A DNA stretch of 64,000 nt from Pseudomonadota bacterium. GTDB taxonomy: Bacteria; Desulfobacterota; Desulfobulbia; Desulfobulbales; SURF-16. Made by a program: the position numbers and the translations under genes. The notes under the pieces were generated by a model, which saw only the letters and a list, made by a program, of their open reading frames with translations, was not told the origin of the DNA and made no database searches. This document shows, piece by piece, positions 37,714-47,108 of the stretch. The first letter of the stretch is position 1. Each line of letters starts with the position of its first letter. The stretch is from the NCBI GenBank assembly GCA_043809085.1, contig JAZDEG010000011.1, positions 214,272 to 278,271 of the forward strand. The letters run 5' to 3'.

Positions 37714-40050
37714 ATGGGAAATCCACTTGCAGCAAGACTGCATGGCGTCATCCCGGAACATGAGCTCAATTCCTGGGAGCGGGATGACCTCCTTGAGCAG
37801 TTGTCCGGTTACGACCGGCAGCGGGAAGATGTTGTGCTGACCCAGATTGGGGTTTTGTGGCCGGTCAGCCATTCACTTTGTTTTGCCTTTCTGGAACAGC
37901 TTGATGCCGGACTCGCCTGCCTTGATGAAAAGCAGCTGCCTGAATGGGTCAAAGGCATTCTGGCCGCCTATGAATCAGACGGTCTCCGTGCCGCCCGGGC
38001 CTATATGGAAGATGTTGAACTCAATTTCCTTTGCCGACTGCGGGGGGAAAACGGTCTGACCTTGGTCGAGGCCCAAGGGAAGCTTCTTCATTATGTGCGT
38101 GGTCTTGCAGGGAAAAATTTGCAGATTGAGCCTGCTGCATTTGTTGCAACCGATACGGAAACCATTTTTTTACCCAGGGAAATAACGATTTTTCAGGACA
38201 AAACGGACAACTTCCGGGTATTCAAGCTTCTCGCTTCCTTTCAGTGGGCCTTTATCCATCAGGATCTTTATTGCCACCGACGCAGCACACGAGCCGCCCT
38301 TGCCGGAAGTGGAAAGAATGTGGTGCCAACAGATCAACAGGCTGATTTGCTTGACTTTTTCCTGAGACAATTCCCTGTCCCTGAACTGGCCCGTGACATT
38401 TATCATCTGTTGCAGAGCGTGCGTGCCTCTTTTTTTCTGAAGTCATATCTCCCGGCTTTGATGCGGGATGCCCAGCCTTTTTTTGTTCAGCAGTTGCAGG
38501 AGATGTCTTCTTCGCCTCTTCCTGCCGGAGCGGCGGCTTCCCTCCATGAAGTCCGCTTGTGGCTGCTTGCCGCTCTTGGTGGGACGAAGTCTGCGTTGCC
38601 GGTGGGAGCGCCGGGTCGGATTATTGAAGAACTGCAGAGTGCTATAAGCGATATGGCGGAGGTTTTTTCCCTGACCGCTGAGCTGTATCATGTGCTTCGA
38701 CCCGAGTCAGAGGATTACACTCCTCTTTCCCCGCTGCTTTTCCAGGGTGAACTGAAGCCGCAGGCTGCGAACCGGGCAAGACTTGTCCGCAGGGCCGCAC
38801 AGAAACAGAAATTTATCGATGGGTTGGCAGCAATTCTTCCTCTGGAAACCGGAGAAAAGGAGCAAGCCAGGGATGAGGTGCCGGAAAAACGGCAACCCGC
38901 GGCCAATGTTCTGGACAGTGGGGCAAATGTAGCGCCCATGCAATCCCAAAGCGGGAAGGAGGAAGACCTGGAAAATCAGGATGCCGGCGAACCCCGTTTC
39001 ATCTGTCTTGATGATGAAAAGCTTGATCTGCCCGAGGAATTAAAGAGCCTGGCTCGTGAAATCGAAGACGATCTGGGCGGAATCCCCGCTTTTTATATCG
39101 CCAGCGCCGGCATGAAAGCCGGAAGCAGGGGCAAAAACCCCATGACGAGTGCCGAACAGGAGGACGGGAACGGTTTGAGTGGTGAATTGCTTTATGACGA
39201 GTGGGATTACCGCAGGCAGGGTTTTCGGAAAGACTGGTGCCATCTGATCCGGAAAAATATTCACCCGGTCAAGGGGACATTTGTCGGCAACACCCTGGCC
39301 ACGTATCGCGGCCAGATCATCCAGTTGAAAAGGCAATTTGAGATGATGCAGACCCGACACCGGTTTGTCAAGCGGCAGCGGGATGGCGATGAAATCGATG
39401 TGGACGCCTTGATCGAGGCATATGCGGATGTGAAGGCCGGGCATGCTCCTTCCGAGCGGTTATTTGTCAGGCTCCTGCGGGATGAACGAGACATTGCCGC
39501 CCTTTTTCTAGTGGACATGTCATCCTCTACGGAAGGCTGGGTGGGGACTGCCCTGAAAGAGTCGCTGGTGTTGCTGAGCGAGGCGATGGAGGCCCTTGGC
39601 GACCGCTATGCCATTTACGGTTTTTCCGGCATGCGGCGAACCCGATGCGAGGTCTATCATGTCAAGGATTTTGCGGAGCCTTATTCGGATGAGATAAAAG
39701 GGCGCATTGCCGCCATTGCACCCATTGATTATACCCGCATGGGTCCGCCCATCAGGCATTTTACCGCAGAGCTGGCCCGATTGGACGCCAAGGTTCGACT
39801 TCTGATAATACTGACCGACGGCAAGCCCGAGGATTATGATGATTATAAGGGCGAGTATGCCATTGAGGACACGCGTCATGCCTTGATTGAAGCCAAGGTG
39901 GCGGGTATTCATCCATTCTGCATCACCATAGATCGGGAGGCGCAGGATTACATGGCCCACATGTTCGGAAAAATCAATTACACCTTTATAGATGACGTGC
40001 GCAAGCTTCCCCTGCGGGTGCCGGAAATATATCGGACCATAACCAGTTGA
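37714..40050 (+). CDS. CbbO/NorD-like protein with C-terminal von Willebrand factor A domain
   Basis: 778 aa. The C-terminal VWA domain has a MIDAS motif DMSSST and ends ...ILTDGKPEDYD. It immediately follows the CbbQ-like gene. Confidence 0.8.
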   Translation: MGNPLAARLHGVIPEHELNSWERDDLLEQLSGYDRQREDVVLTQIGVLWPVSHSLCFAFLEQLDAGLACLDEKQLPEWVKGILAAYESDGLRAARAYMEDVELNFLCRLRGENGLTLVEAQGKLLHYVRGLAGKNLQIEPAAFVATDTETIFLPREITIFQDKTDNFRVFKLLASFQWAFIHQDLYCHRRSTRAALAGSGKNVVPTDQQADLLDFFLRQFPVPELARDIYHLLQSVRASFFLKSYLPALMRDAQPFFVQQLQEMSSSPLPAGAAASLHEVRLWLLAALGGTKSALPVGAPGRIIEELQSAISDMAEVFSLTAELYHVLRPESEDYTPLSPLLFQGELKPQAANRARLVRRAAQKQKFIDGLAAILPLETGEKEQARDEVPEKRQPAANVLDSGANVAPMQSQSGKEEDLENQDAGEPRFICLDDEKLDLPEELKSLAREIEDDLGGIPAFYIASAGMKAGSRGKNPMTSAEQEDGNGLSGELLYDEWDYRRQGFRKDWCHLIRKNIHPVKGTFVGNTLATYRGQIIQLKRQFEMMQTRHRFVKRQRDGDEIDVDALIEAYADVKAGHAPSERLFVRLLRDERDIAALFLVDMSSSTEGWVGTALKESLVLLSEAMEALGDRYAIYGFSGMRRTRCEVYHVKDFAEPYSDEIKGRIAAIAPIDYTRMGPPIRHFTAELARLDAKVRLLIILTDGKPEDYDDYKGEYAIEDTRHALIEAKVAGIHPFCITIDREAQDYMAHMFGKINYTFIDDVRKLPLRVPEIYRTITS

Positions 40051-40057
40051 GGCACGG

Positions 40058-40255
40058 CTACTTGTCGGTGTCGACCAGATAATCCTTCAGCTTTTCCAGC
40101 AGGGAATCGGGTAATTCTTCACCATACAGAAAGGCTTCTGCCTCTTCTCCGGTAATCTGTTGTTTCACGTCAATCGGCAGAGAGCGAAGTATTGCCATTT
40201 TCTGCGGATCTGGTTTTCTCTTGTGTTGGTTTTTGTTATCCATCTGTCGACTCAA
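40058..40255 (-). CDS. hypothetical small protein
   Basis: 65-aa charged ORF overlapping the upstream DsrE-like gene by 4 nt. Confidence 0.35.
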   Translation of the reverse strand: MSRQMDNKNQHKRKPDPQKMAILRSLPIDVKQQITGEEAEAFLYGEELPDSLLEKLKDYLVDTDK

Positions 40256-40602
40256 AAGGTGATGATCAGGTAACCGTTGTCCAGGTAATGCGCCATGGAA
40301 GGGTGGCCGGCGATATGGCCAACCAGGGGGAGTCCTTCAGCGAGAACTGCGTCGGTCACGTTCATCTTGGCGGAACACGCCTTGCAGACGGCGGCAATAA
40401 GCCCTTTTTCCTTGGCCTTCAGGTAAAGGGGATTAAGCATATGTCCTTCCTGACTTATAACCGGTACGAGTTTCACCGCCTCCCCCTCTATCACTATTTT
40501 TCCTTCTCTGGCATGTTCATGCAGGTCGATTGCGTTTAACAGAACATGGATAAAACACAATGGATCGCCCCGAAAGGCAAAGAGAATGGTTTTTTCTCCC
40601 AT
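40252..40602 (-). CDS. DsrE/DsrF-like family protein
   Basis: 116 aa. The pattern ILFAFRGDP...VIEGEAVKL...CKACSAKM resembles the DsrE family. Confidence 0.55.
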   Translation of the reverse strand: MGEKTILFAFRGDPLCFIHVLLNAIDLHEHAREGKIVIEGEAVKLVPVISQEGHMLNPLYLKAKEKGLIAAVCKACSAKMNVTDAVLAEGLPLVGHIAGHPSMAHYLDNGYLIITF

Positions 40603-40884
40603 GGCATGCTCCTTATGTTGTTTCCGGTATCAAGACGGTGATGTTTTTGTGACAACGTTTTTTCGGAGTCTAGCAGGATTAGCAGCTGATGGAAAGGTTC
40701 TTTTCGAGAATCGGGGGATGAAAATGCATTTGCGACAATGAACAGACTCAGGAATGAATTTCAGGATAATTTTTTTCTTGAACTGTGATGACAGCGCAGA
40801 ACTCTCGAGACTGCTGCGCTGCCATAAGGATTCTATGGTGGAGAATAATGGGAAGGGATGGTCTGTCAGTGTAAGGGACAGTCG

Positions 40885-41379
40885 TCAAATGCGGCACTGC
40901 GCACCGTCCTTTTTTGTAGTTTGGCAGGCATCTTGGGTGCTGCGGGTTGAGGAAGAACAGCGACTCACCAGTTGCAGTCTACGTGGTTGGCTCCAGTCAA
41001 CCTGGGCTTGACAATGACAGTGAGTCTCGGCCGGGCAGGTGGCAGCCATCCAGCAGGGGACAATGTGCAGCAGTTTTTTGAGACCGGGAATGCTCAATTT
41101 TTTTTGGTGGATCATCGACCGTAAACACTTTGTCCACAAGATGTCTTTTTGGGAAAACATCCATCGTGTCTCATGGAAGACTGGTTTGACAAGGCCTTCA
41201 GACTGATATTTCCGCAGGGTCTGCGGGTGCACATGCAACAGTTCAGCCGCCTCTTTCAGGGAATAAACCGGTTGATCAGATACGGAATGTTTTGTTTTCA
41301 ATTTATTGATGCCCACGACTTCTCCATGATATTCGATGGATTCTGCTGCCATTCGATTCATAACCATCACTCCCTTCAT
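40885..41379 (-). CDS. MerR/HspR-like transcriptional regulator with Cys/His-rich C-terminus
   Basis: HTH YSLKEAAELLHVHPQTLRKYQSEGLVKP, with a C-terminal CWMAATCPAETHCHC. The start may be the internal Met near 41361. Confidence 0.7.
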   Translation of the reverse strand: MKGVMVMNRMAAESIEYHGEVVGINKLKTKHSVSDQPVYSLKEAAELLHVHPQTLRKYQSEGLVKPVFHETRWMFSQKDILWTKCLRSMIHQKKLSIPGLKKLLHIVPCWMAATCPAETHCHCQAQVDWSQPRRLQLVSRCSSSTRSTQDACQTTKKDGAQCRI

Positions 41380-41658
41380 GGATCCCTCCTTGCCGGCGTT
41401 GGTTGTGCCGGCGTTTCATGATGACTTTACTCTGACCTGGACAGGAGTGGCGGTTCCTGTAAGGTTTTTGCATGACAAGAATTTTTTAGGTTCGGCGGTT
41501 GACAGGGTGGGTTGTTTTGCTTGCCAACCTGTAATGTCTCAGAAATCTATCAATTTGAATTTCGCATTCGCTATTGTCTTAAAGCACACATTGTGCCATC
41601 AAGCGGCATGATGTGCGGTTGAGAAAAAAGCAAATAATATCATATCGTTATTTTTGAG

Positions 41659-41741
41659 TGGGTGAATTGGCCGTTTCTTGGGTATGTGTTGATGTGGGTA
41701 AATGACCAGTTTTGGGTGGGTATTTGCCCCATTTTGGTGAA
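41659..41741. repeat. array of five TGGGT(R)WAT-like direct repeats
   Basis: TGGGTGAAT at 41659, TGGGTATGT at 41679, TGGGTAAAT at 41695, TGGGTATTT at 41717 and TTGGTGAAT at 41733. Spacing is 16-22 bp, in a non-coding gap. Confidence 0.5.
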
Positions 41742-41790
41742 TGCGCTCAGCGCCAGGCGACAAAGTGAAACGATTGATTTGGAGTTGAAA

Positions 41791-42201
41791 TTAGGCGGCA
41801 AGGAGGAGAATGGCGCAAAGAGCGAGCAGTAATCCGCAGATTTGCTGGAGGGTGAGGGTTTCCTTGAGGAAGATCGTGGCCAGAAGGACGGTAATCAGAG
41901 GGTAGAGGGCGGTCAGGCTCACCACCACGGAAATTTTCCCCTTTTGTGCGGCGGTGAAGAAGAAAAGGGTTCCCGTCATGCCGGCAATACCGGTCAGAAA
42001 GGCATACAGAATACCCTTTGGGTGATGCTGTGGGTGAAACCCCACAATGAAAAGGCTGACCAAGCCAACCAGAAGCGCTCCGGCCACCTCGTAGATGAGA
42101 GCGCTTTGGGGATCGATGTAGCTGACGGCGATTTTAGGGAAAAATCCCCAGAATCCGTAAAGGAGCAGGGCCAGCAAAGCGGAGAAAACCCAGTTGTCCA
42201 T
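41791..42201 (-). CDS. small EamA-domain (DMT superfamily) membrane protein
   Basis: 136 aa with four to five transmembrane segments and a single EamA-like repeat. Confidence 0.6.
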   Translation of the reverse strand: MDNWVFSALLALLLYGFWGFFPKIAVSYIDPQSALIYEVAGALLVGLVSLFIVGFHPQHHPKGILYAFLTGIAGMTGTLFFFTAAQKGKISVVVSLTALYPLITVLLATIFLKETLTLQQICGLLLALCAILLLAA

Positions 42202-42236
42202 GCCGGTTTCTTTAGTCGCGGAGACGATACGGGAGG

Positions 42237-42743
42237 TTATCTGACTCCCCAGATGTCCAGGGGGCCCTTATCGTCAAGACCGTAAGTTGTGTCCGGCGTA
42301 TAGATGATGACCTGGTTGCCCTCGCCTCGATGGATGACGGTTTTGGTCAGCCGGGAATACCAGACACCCAGTCTGTTGCCGTGCCCGTCATCGATGACGG
42401 CGCCATGATACATGTTTTTGAACCGGTACTTGTTATCGATGCGCTCCATCCATCTGACGAGCTGATCCGGGGTGATGTCGATTTTTTTCCAGAGGCTCGG
42501 CGCCAGTTGGTAGATATTGTCCAGTGCCATAATGGCATCCGGTTCCGCATCCGGGCCAATATAGTAGTAGCTGTGGTTGTCAAGAATCGTTCCGGACTCG
42601 AAAAGCTCATTCACCGCCATCTGAAAATCAAAGCGTCCGTAAGTGCCTCCACCGCAACCGGACAGGAGGAAAAAAGTAGCAAGGATCGCTGCAAAAACAG
42701 GCATTCGGAAAAATTTGGTCGATAGTGGTATGCCAGGATGCAT
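42237..42743 (-). CDS. hypothetical lipoprotein
   Basis: Lipobox LLSGCGG. I prefer the start MHPGIP at 42743, which has an AGGAGA RBS. No recognisable domain. Confidence 0.5.
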   Translation of the reverse strand: MHPGIPLSTKFFRMPVFAAILATFFLLSGCGGGTYGRFDFQMAVNELFESGTILDNHSYYYIGPDAEPDAIMALDNIYQLAPSLWKKIDITPDQLVRWMERIDNKYRFKNMYHGAVIDDGHGNRLGVWYSRLTKTVIHRGEGNQVIIYTPDTTYGLDDKGPLDIWGVR

Positions 42744-42842
42744 GCTTTCTCCTTTCAAGGGAAATTTCATTTCTATTTCTGTAAAATAAGAACTGTTGTC
42801 AAAATCAAAATCCTTAGTTTCTTCTTTAAGGTAACCTGAATT

Positions 42843-43148
42843 TTATGCGGGAGGCCGGATCGTATGGTTTGCGGGTTTCAGTTCCACCAGGGTGGCGCCC
42901 CACCCGCTCCTGTCTTCATGGGCAAGTCTGAAGGACATGACTTCCTCCATCCCGTCCAGAATGGAATGCACTGTTCGCAGCAGAGTTCCTGTCCCTTTGC
43001 CGTGTATGATGCGAATCTGCAGCAGATTTTTTTGGCGACAGGCGGCAATGTAGTCGGGGAGCAGGCGCTTCAACTCGCGTGGGTTGAAAGTGTGCAAATC
43101 AAGAATGCCGTCAATGGGCAGTTCGACCGGATCAAGTTCATCATTCAT
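42843..43148 (-). CDS. Smr domain protein
   Basis: LDLHTF...IRIIHGKGTGTLLRTV is the Smr/MutS2 C-terminal nuclease domain signature; 101 aa. Confidence 0.8.
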   Translation of the reverse strand: MNDELDPVELPIDGILDLHTFNPRELKRLLPDYIAACRQKNLLQIRIIHGKGTGTLLRTVHSILDGMEEVMSFRLAHEDRSGWGATLVELKPANHTIRPPA

Positions 43149-43394
43149 TTGGTTGCAATTTAGTCTTCAAGTTTTGCAGCACTGAAGGATATGCTACGGT
43201 GCGAATGTTATTATCTAACCTATAAGATACGGTATAAATGAAGAAACTGTCAATGAGCTGGATTGGGATGGGGGAATAAATTTACTCTGAGTGGGAATTA
43301 CTGATATAATTTGCTGAGAAAACAGGCTGACAAGAGCGATGATGGATGTAGGTAATTCGCTGCAGCCGTGGGTCGTAATGGAGGAGTGTTTGAG

Positions 43395-45662
43395 ATGAAG
43401 GACGAAAATGCAAATCAGAGAATTCTGTTTCTCGGATCAAATGTCAAGATCCGTAATCTGCCGATAAAGGAAGTAAGTCTTATCGAGGAAGGCAGCCTGC
43501 CCGCCTATGGTTATAATCCAGGTGATTTCGTAGAGCTTCTCGCCGGCAAGGTGGCGGTGGAAAACGGTCGTCTGGACCAGACTTTGACCTGGCTCGCCTC
43601 GTATCTCACCGCAGGAAACCTGACCCCGCACATCACCACCATCACCTATGGTGAACAGAAGGATATCTTTCAGGTTTTTCGCAAGCGGCAGCGACCGGAA
43701 ATCGACAAGGACCATGGCTGGTTCATGGTTCATCAGATTCTTCCTTTTGCCGGACGCGGCAAGGACGAAACGGCCTTGACCGTAACCGATGAAAACCGGG
43801 AAAAATTGAGCGGGCATGACGGTATCCTGGTGATCGACGACGGCGGACGTCCGCCGCAGATTGCCGCTGAGTTGAAGGAGCTGAATCCGGATGCCTGGGT
43901 GATTGCCATGGGCATCAGCGTCGCCCATTGGGCCGACTGGGCCGGACATTTCGGAGAGAATTTCGTTCTGTTCGGTCGCCTCTCGGATCTGGAAACGACC
44001 CGTATGGAGATGGACAGTTCCGTAGTATGGGAATCAATTGTCGCCATGGCGCTGCGCGCTCTTCGCTCTCCCGAGGTCGGTATATGGGACGAACGGCTGG
44101 GGCGTTTCCGTTGTCACACCATGATCGAGATGTTCCCCCACGGTCTGCTCTACGTCAGCCCGGACAGTGTTTTTTTTCGGCACAGGGAAGGGAGTCTGCC
44201 GGAAAAGAGTTCACCCCGGCAGAAAGGATCGGTGCCTGCGTATGATACCATGGTCACTTCAATACTGGCCATGGACTATATCCGACTGGGGCGGCTCGTC
44301 GGAGGCCGCAGTTATTTCTGTGATTTCTCCAAGCGAACCCTGCTGCACTGGCAGTTGCTTTATGAAAACGGTTATTATTTCAGTGATTCGCTGGAACTGC
44401 CCAACCTTGATTTCACCTCAACTTTTCCCAATGGCTGTCCGTGTTCCTTTCTGGATCGGAATGATCCGTTTTTCATTGAACTTTCGTCTTTTTCTTCGGA
44501 ATTTGACAGGAGCCTTGAGCTGGTTGCAGCCCAGGAATGGACCAGGGAGAAGATGGCGGGCCTGCGGGCATTTTTTGATCAGACAGGACGGGTTACACCG
44601 AAGGCTCGGCATGCTCCGCCGGGATCTGTTCCCCTTGGCTATATGGACGTCATTCTCGAGGTATTGCACTATCTGAAGGAGGAGGTGAGCCGGAAATGCG
44701 GTTTCCAGAATCTGCGCATGTTCAATGTCGGTCACCTGAGGACCACAGACCCGGCTGAGATCGGGCCGGTTCTCACCCTGCAGTCGGTGATGGATTCCTA
44801 TGTGACGAAAGAGAGCTACCAGCGGCCCCTCTGTATCGGCGTCTTCGGTCCCCCGGGGTCGGGAAAATCCTTTGCCGTCAAGGAGGTTGCCAAAGTCATC
44901 GGCAAGAAATTCGATAACGATCCCTTTGATTTTTTTGAGTTCAATCTGACCCAGTTCGCCGAGCCGGATGAGATCAATTCCGCCATAGATCTGGTGCGGG
45001 CCTCGGTTGCCAAGGGCAAGGTGCCCATTACTTTCTGGGACGAGTTTGACTGCCGCTACGGCGGCCATGAATTCGGGTATCTCCGCTACTTTCTGCCATC
45101 CATGCAGGACGGCGTTACCTACGTGCACGGTATACCCTACTATATCGGCCGGTCCATTTTCGTTTTTGCCGGAGGAGTGAAGACGAATTGGCAGGGCATG
45201 GAGGACATTCTCGGCAAAGCCACTCCCCAAGAACTCCAGATGGCAAAGACCCTGAAGATTCCCGATTTCATGAGCAGGCTGCGGGTGGTGCTGGACATTG
45301 ACGGTATTGATATTCGGGAAGAACTGCTGCGGGATTCCGCTTCCGGCGTTGAACTGGAAGAGTTGCGCCGGATTTTGTTGAAGAGGGCCTTTATCATTGC
45401 CCATCAGATGGATACCCACTGGAAAAAGGCGGCGCGGAAGACATCCGGACTTCTGCTCCGGCTGCTCATTGCCCAGTACAAATTCGGCGCCCGTTCCATC
45501 GAAGCGGTCATCGAGGCCAGCCGCGCCGCTGATCGCCTTGTCTACGGATTGCCGGAGCTGATCGGCCCTTCCGGCGCGCGTATTCATGCCGACTGGCGGG
45601 TTGATCTGGAGCGCAGGCTCGACCAAGTGAGAAAAAAACAGGGATTGCGGGCTGTGTGGTAA
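43395..45662 (+). CDS. uncharacterised large protein: unknown N-terminal about 450 aa + C-terminal AAA+ ATPase module
   Basis: Walker A GVFGPPGSGKSFAVKEVAK, Walker B ITFWDEFD, and a lid-like region (KIPDFMSRL). The N-terminal part shows only a weak ribokinase-like echo (VPAYDTMVTS versus DTxGAGD). GGAGGAG RBS before the ATG at 43395. Confidence 0.7.
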   Translation: MKDENANQRILFLGSNVKIRNLPIKEVSLIEEGSLPAYGYNPGDFVELLAGKVAVENGRLDQTLTWLASYLTAGNLTPHITTITYGEQKDIFQVFRKRQRPEIDKDHGWFMVHQILPFAGRGKDETALTVTDENREKLSGHDGILVIDDGGRPPQIAAELKELNPDAWVIAMGISVAHWADWAGHFGENFVLFGRLSDLETTRMEMDSSVVWESIVAMALRALRSPEVGIWDERLGRFRCHTMIEMFPHGLLYVSPDSVFFRHREGSLPEKSSPRQKGSVPAYDTMVTSILAMDYIRLGRLVGGRSYFCDFSKRTLLHWQLLYENGYYFSDSLELPNLDFTSTFPNGCPCSFLDRNDPFFIELSSFSSEFDRSLELVAAQEWTREKMAGLRAFFDQTGRVTPKARHAPPGSVPLGYMDVILEVLHYLKEEVSRKCGFQNLRMFNVGHLRTTDPAEIGPVLTLQSVMDSYVTKESYQRPLCIGVFGPPGSGKSFAVKEVAKVIGKKFDNDPFDFFEFNLTQFAEPDEINSAIDLVRASVAKGKVPITFWDEFDCRYGGHEFGYLRYFLPSMQDGVTYVHGIPYYIGRSIFVFAGGVKTNWQGMEDILGKATPQELQMAKTLKIPDFMSRLRVVLDIDGIDIREELLRDSASGVELEELRRILLKRAFIIAHQMDTHWKKAARKTSGLLLRLLIAQYKFGARSIEAVIEASRAADRLVYGLPELIGPSGARIHADWRVDLERRLDQVRKKQGLRAVW

Positions 45663-45748
45663 AAAGAGCCACCGGAAAGATGATAAAAAACGTAAAAATT
45701 GACTTGATGAATCTACCCTGATAGGGTAAATATCATCGTTTCCAAAAG

Positions 45749-45825
45749 GCACCCGTAGCTCAGCTGGATAGAGTACCGGACTACGAATCCGATGGTCGCA
45801 TGTTCGAATCATGCCGGGTGCGCCA
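45749..45825 (+). tRNA. tRNA-Arg (anticodon ACG), CCA encoded
   Basis: Folded by hand. Acceptor GCACCCG/CGGGTGC, D arm GCTC-AGCTGGATA-GAGT, anticodon loop CTACGAA, T arm GCATG-TTCGAAT-CATGC, discriminator G, then CCA. Confidence 0.9.
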
Positions 45826-45833
45826 GTAATTTC

Positions 45834-45868
45834 AAGCCCTTAGCTCATATTGAGTTAAGGGCTTTTTT
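45834..45868 (+). terminator. rho-independent terminator after the tRNA
   Basis: AAGCCCTTA / TAAGGGCTT form a 9-bp stem followed by TTTTTT. Confidence 0.7.
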
Positions 45869-45910
45869 GTTGGGGATAACCAAGATTACAGTTCACCATG
45901 TCAAATAAAA

Positions 45911-46368
45911 ATGAACGAAAAAGTTGATATCGAAGAAATAATTGATCGCCTAAAGAAAAAGACCAGTCTGTCAACCAATAAAGACATTGCAGACCTATTG
46001 GGCTTATCTCCGACAGATTATTGCAATAGAAAAAAAAGAGGGACACTGTTGCCTCTTCTTATAGATTGGGCGATGAACGAAAAAGTGGATCTGCAATATT
46101 TTATCGTTGAAGATAAGTATCAGAATGAAGCTACAGGCCATGGTCAGATTGGCAATGACCCTGAGGTGGCGGAATTGCTGGAAGGGGCGAGAAGGGTGCT
46201 GAAAAGCGACAACCCGTTGGCGTTCGATGCCCTGGAGCGCGCAACATCCGTTATTTTGACCACGCCGTGGCCACGGAAAAATGCCTGGAGGCGGTGGAGG
46301 AGAAGCTTGAAGCAGTGCTTGATAAACTAGCAAAAACCAACGAAATGAAGAAGGCCGCCAACGAGTGA
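45911..46368 (+). pseudogene. phage CI-repressor-like HTH protein gene, apparently frameshifted near 46240
   Basis: The N-terminal part IIDRLKKKTSLSTNKDIADLLGLSPTDYCNRKKRGTLLPLLIDWA is CI-repressor-type HTH. After ...FDALE the called frame turns into WRRWRR junk, while the +2 frame reads RNIRYFDHAVATEKCLEAVEEKLEAVLDKLAKTNEMKKAANE to a stop at 46368. Confidence 0.5.
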
Positions 46369-46438
46369 TATTAAGCAGGGACCAATACACCAGGAGCCAT
46401 AACGGCAAGGTGATTTACCCGTTCATCTATATATAAGG

Positions 46439-46712
46439 ATGACAATGAAAAAAATAGAAAACTACCAGGAACTCCTTGATTACGCCATTTTATGTCTTGA
46501 TGCGACCAAAAATGCGGTGCGGCCTCAATAAGGAAGAAATAGATCGCCTTTATGCCCAACTGAAAGAGAAACACAGTGAAGAGAAAATCCCTTTCACCCT
46601 GCCTCTCAAAATCACCGCGAAATACACGGAAAGGGAAATCAAGGAAGCGACAATTTTCGGAATCGGCGGCAAACGCGACAACACACAAAACATTGCCGAC
46701 CTGATAAAATAG
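46439..46712 (+). pseudogene. small ORF split between two frames (possible decayed gene)
   Basis: MTMKKIENYQELLDYAILCLDATKNAVRPQ stops at 46531. The overlapping frame (ORF 46476..46712) continues as GLNKEEIDRLYAQLKEKHSEEKIPF.... This is consistent with one frameshift. Confidence 0.3.
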
Positions 46713-47108
46713 CCACAAAAACAGGCTCCATTTGCAAGTAAGCACTTTCAGGCGTCACGAAAATGAAAAAAAGTAACACGACATAAATACAATAAAATCA
46801 GAAAATTAAATAAACACACCCGAGCAATCCCACTTTCAATCGTTCTTTCAAGCGTTTTCCCTACGCCTGAAACCAAAAACAAAAGCCAACAGCGCTGTTT
46901 CCTTTGCGCATATTGGCTTTTATGTGTTTTTAAAAAAACTATTTTTCTTGTTTTATTTGCAAATACCCTCAAAAATAGAGCCATTTTTGTTTAATTTTCT
47001 GAGATATAATTTTCACTACTTTATTTTTGCTTTATTCCCGCTAAACCCCACCAATTCTCGCCTATTCCCGGTTAAAAAAAACAAAATTCCCCCTGTCTAT
47101 TTTATTAT

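Noticed and set aside
44418-45812. 464-aa ORF on the minus strand
   Set aside because: It lies antisense to the well-supported AAA+ gene and runs straight through the tRNA-Arg gene. Its composition is Arg/Gly/Pro/His-rich, typical of antisense frames in moderately GC-rich coding DNA. No motif is recognisable.
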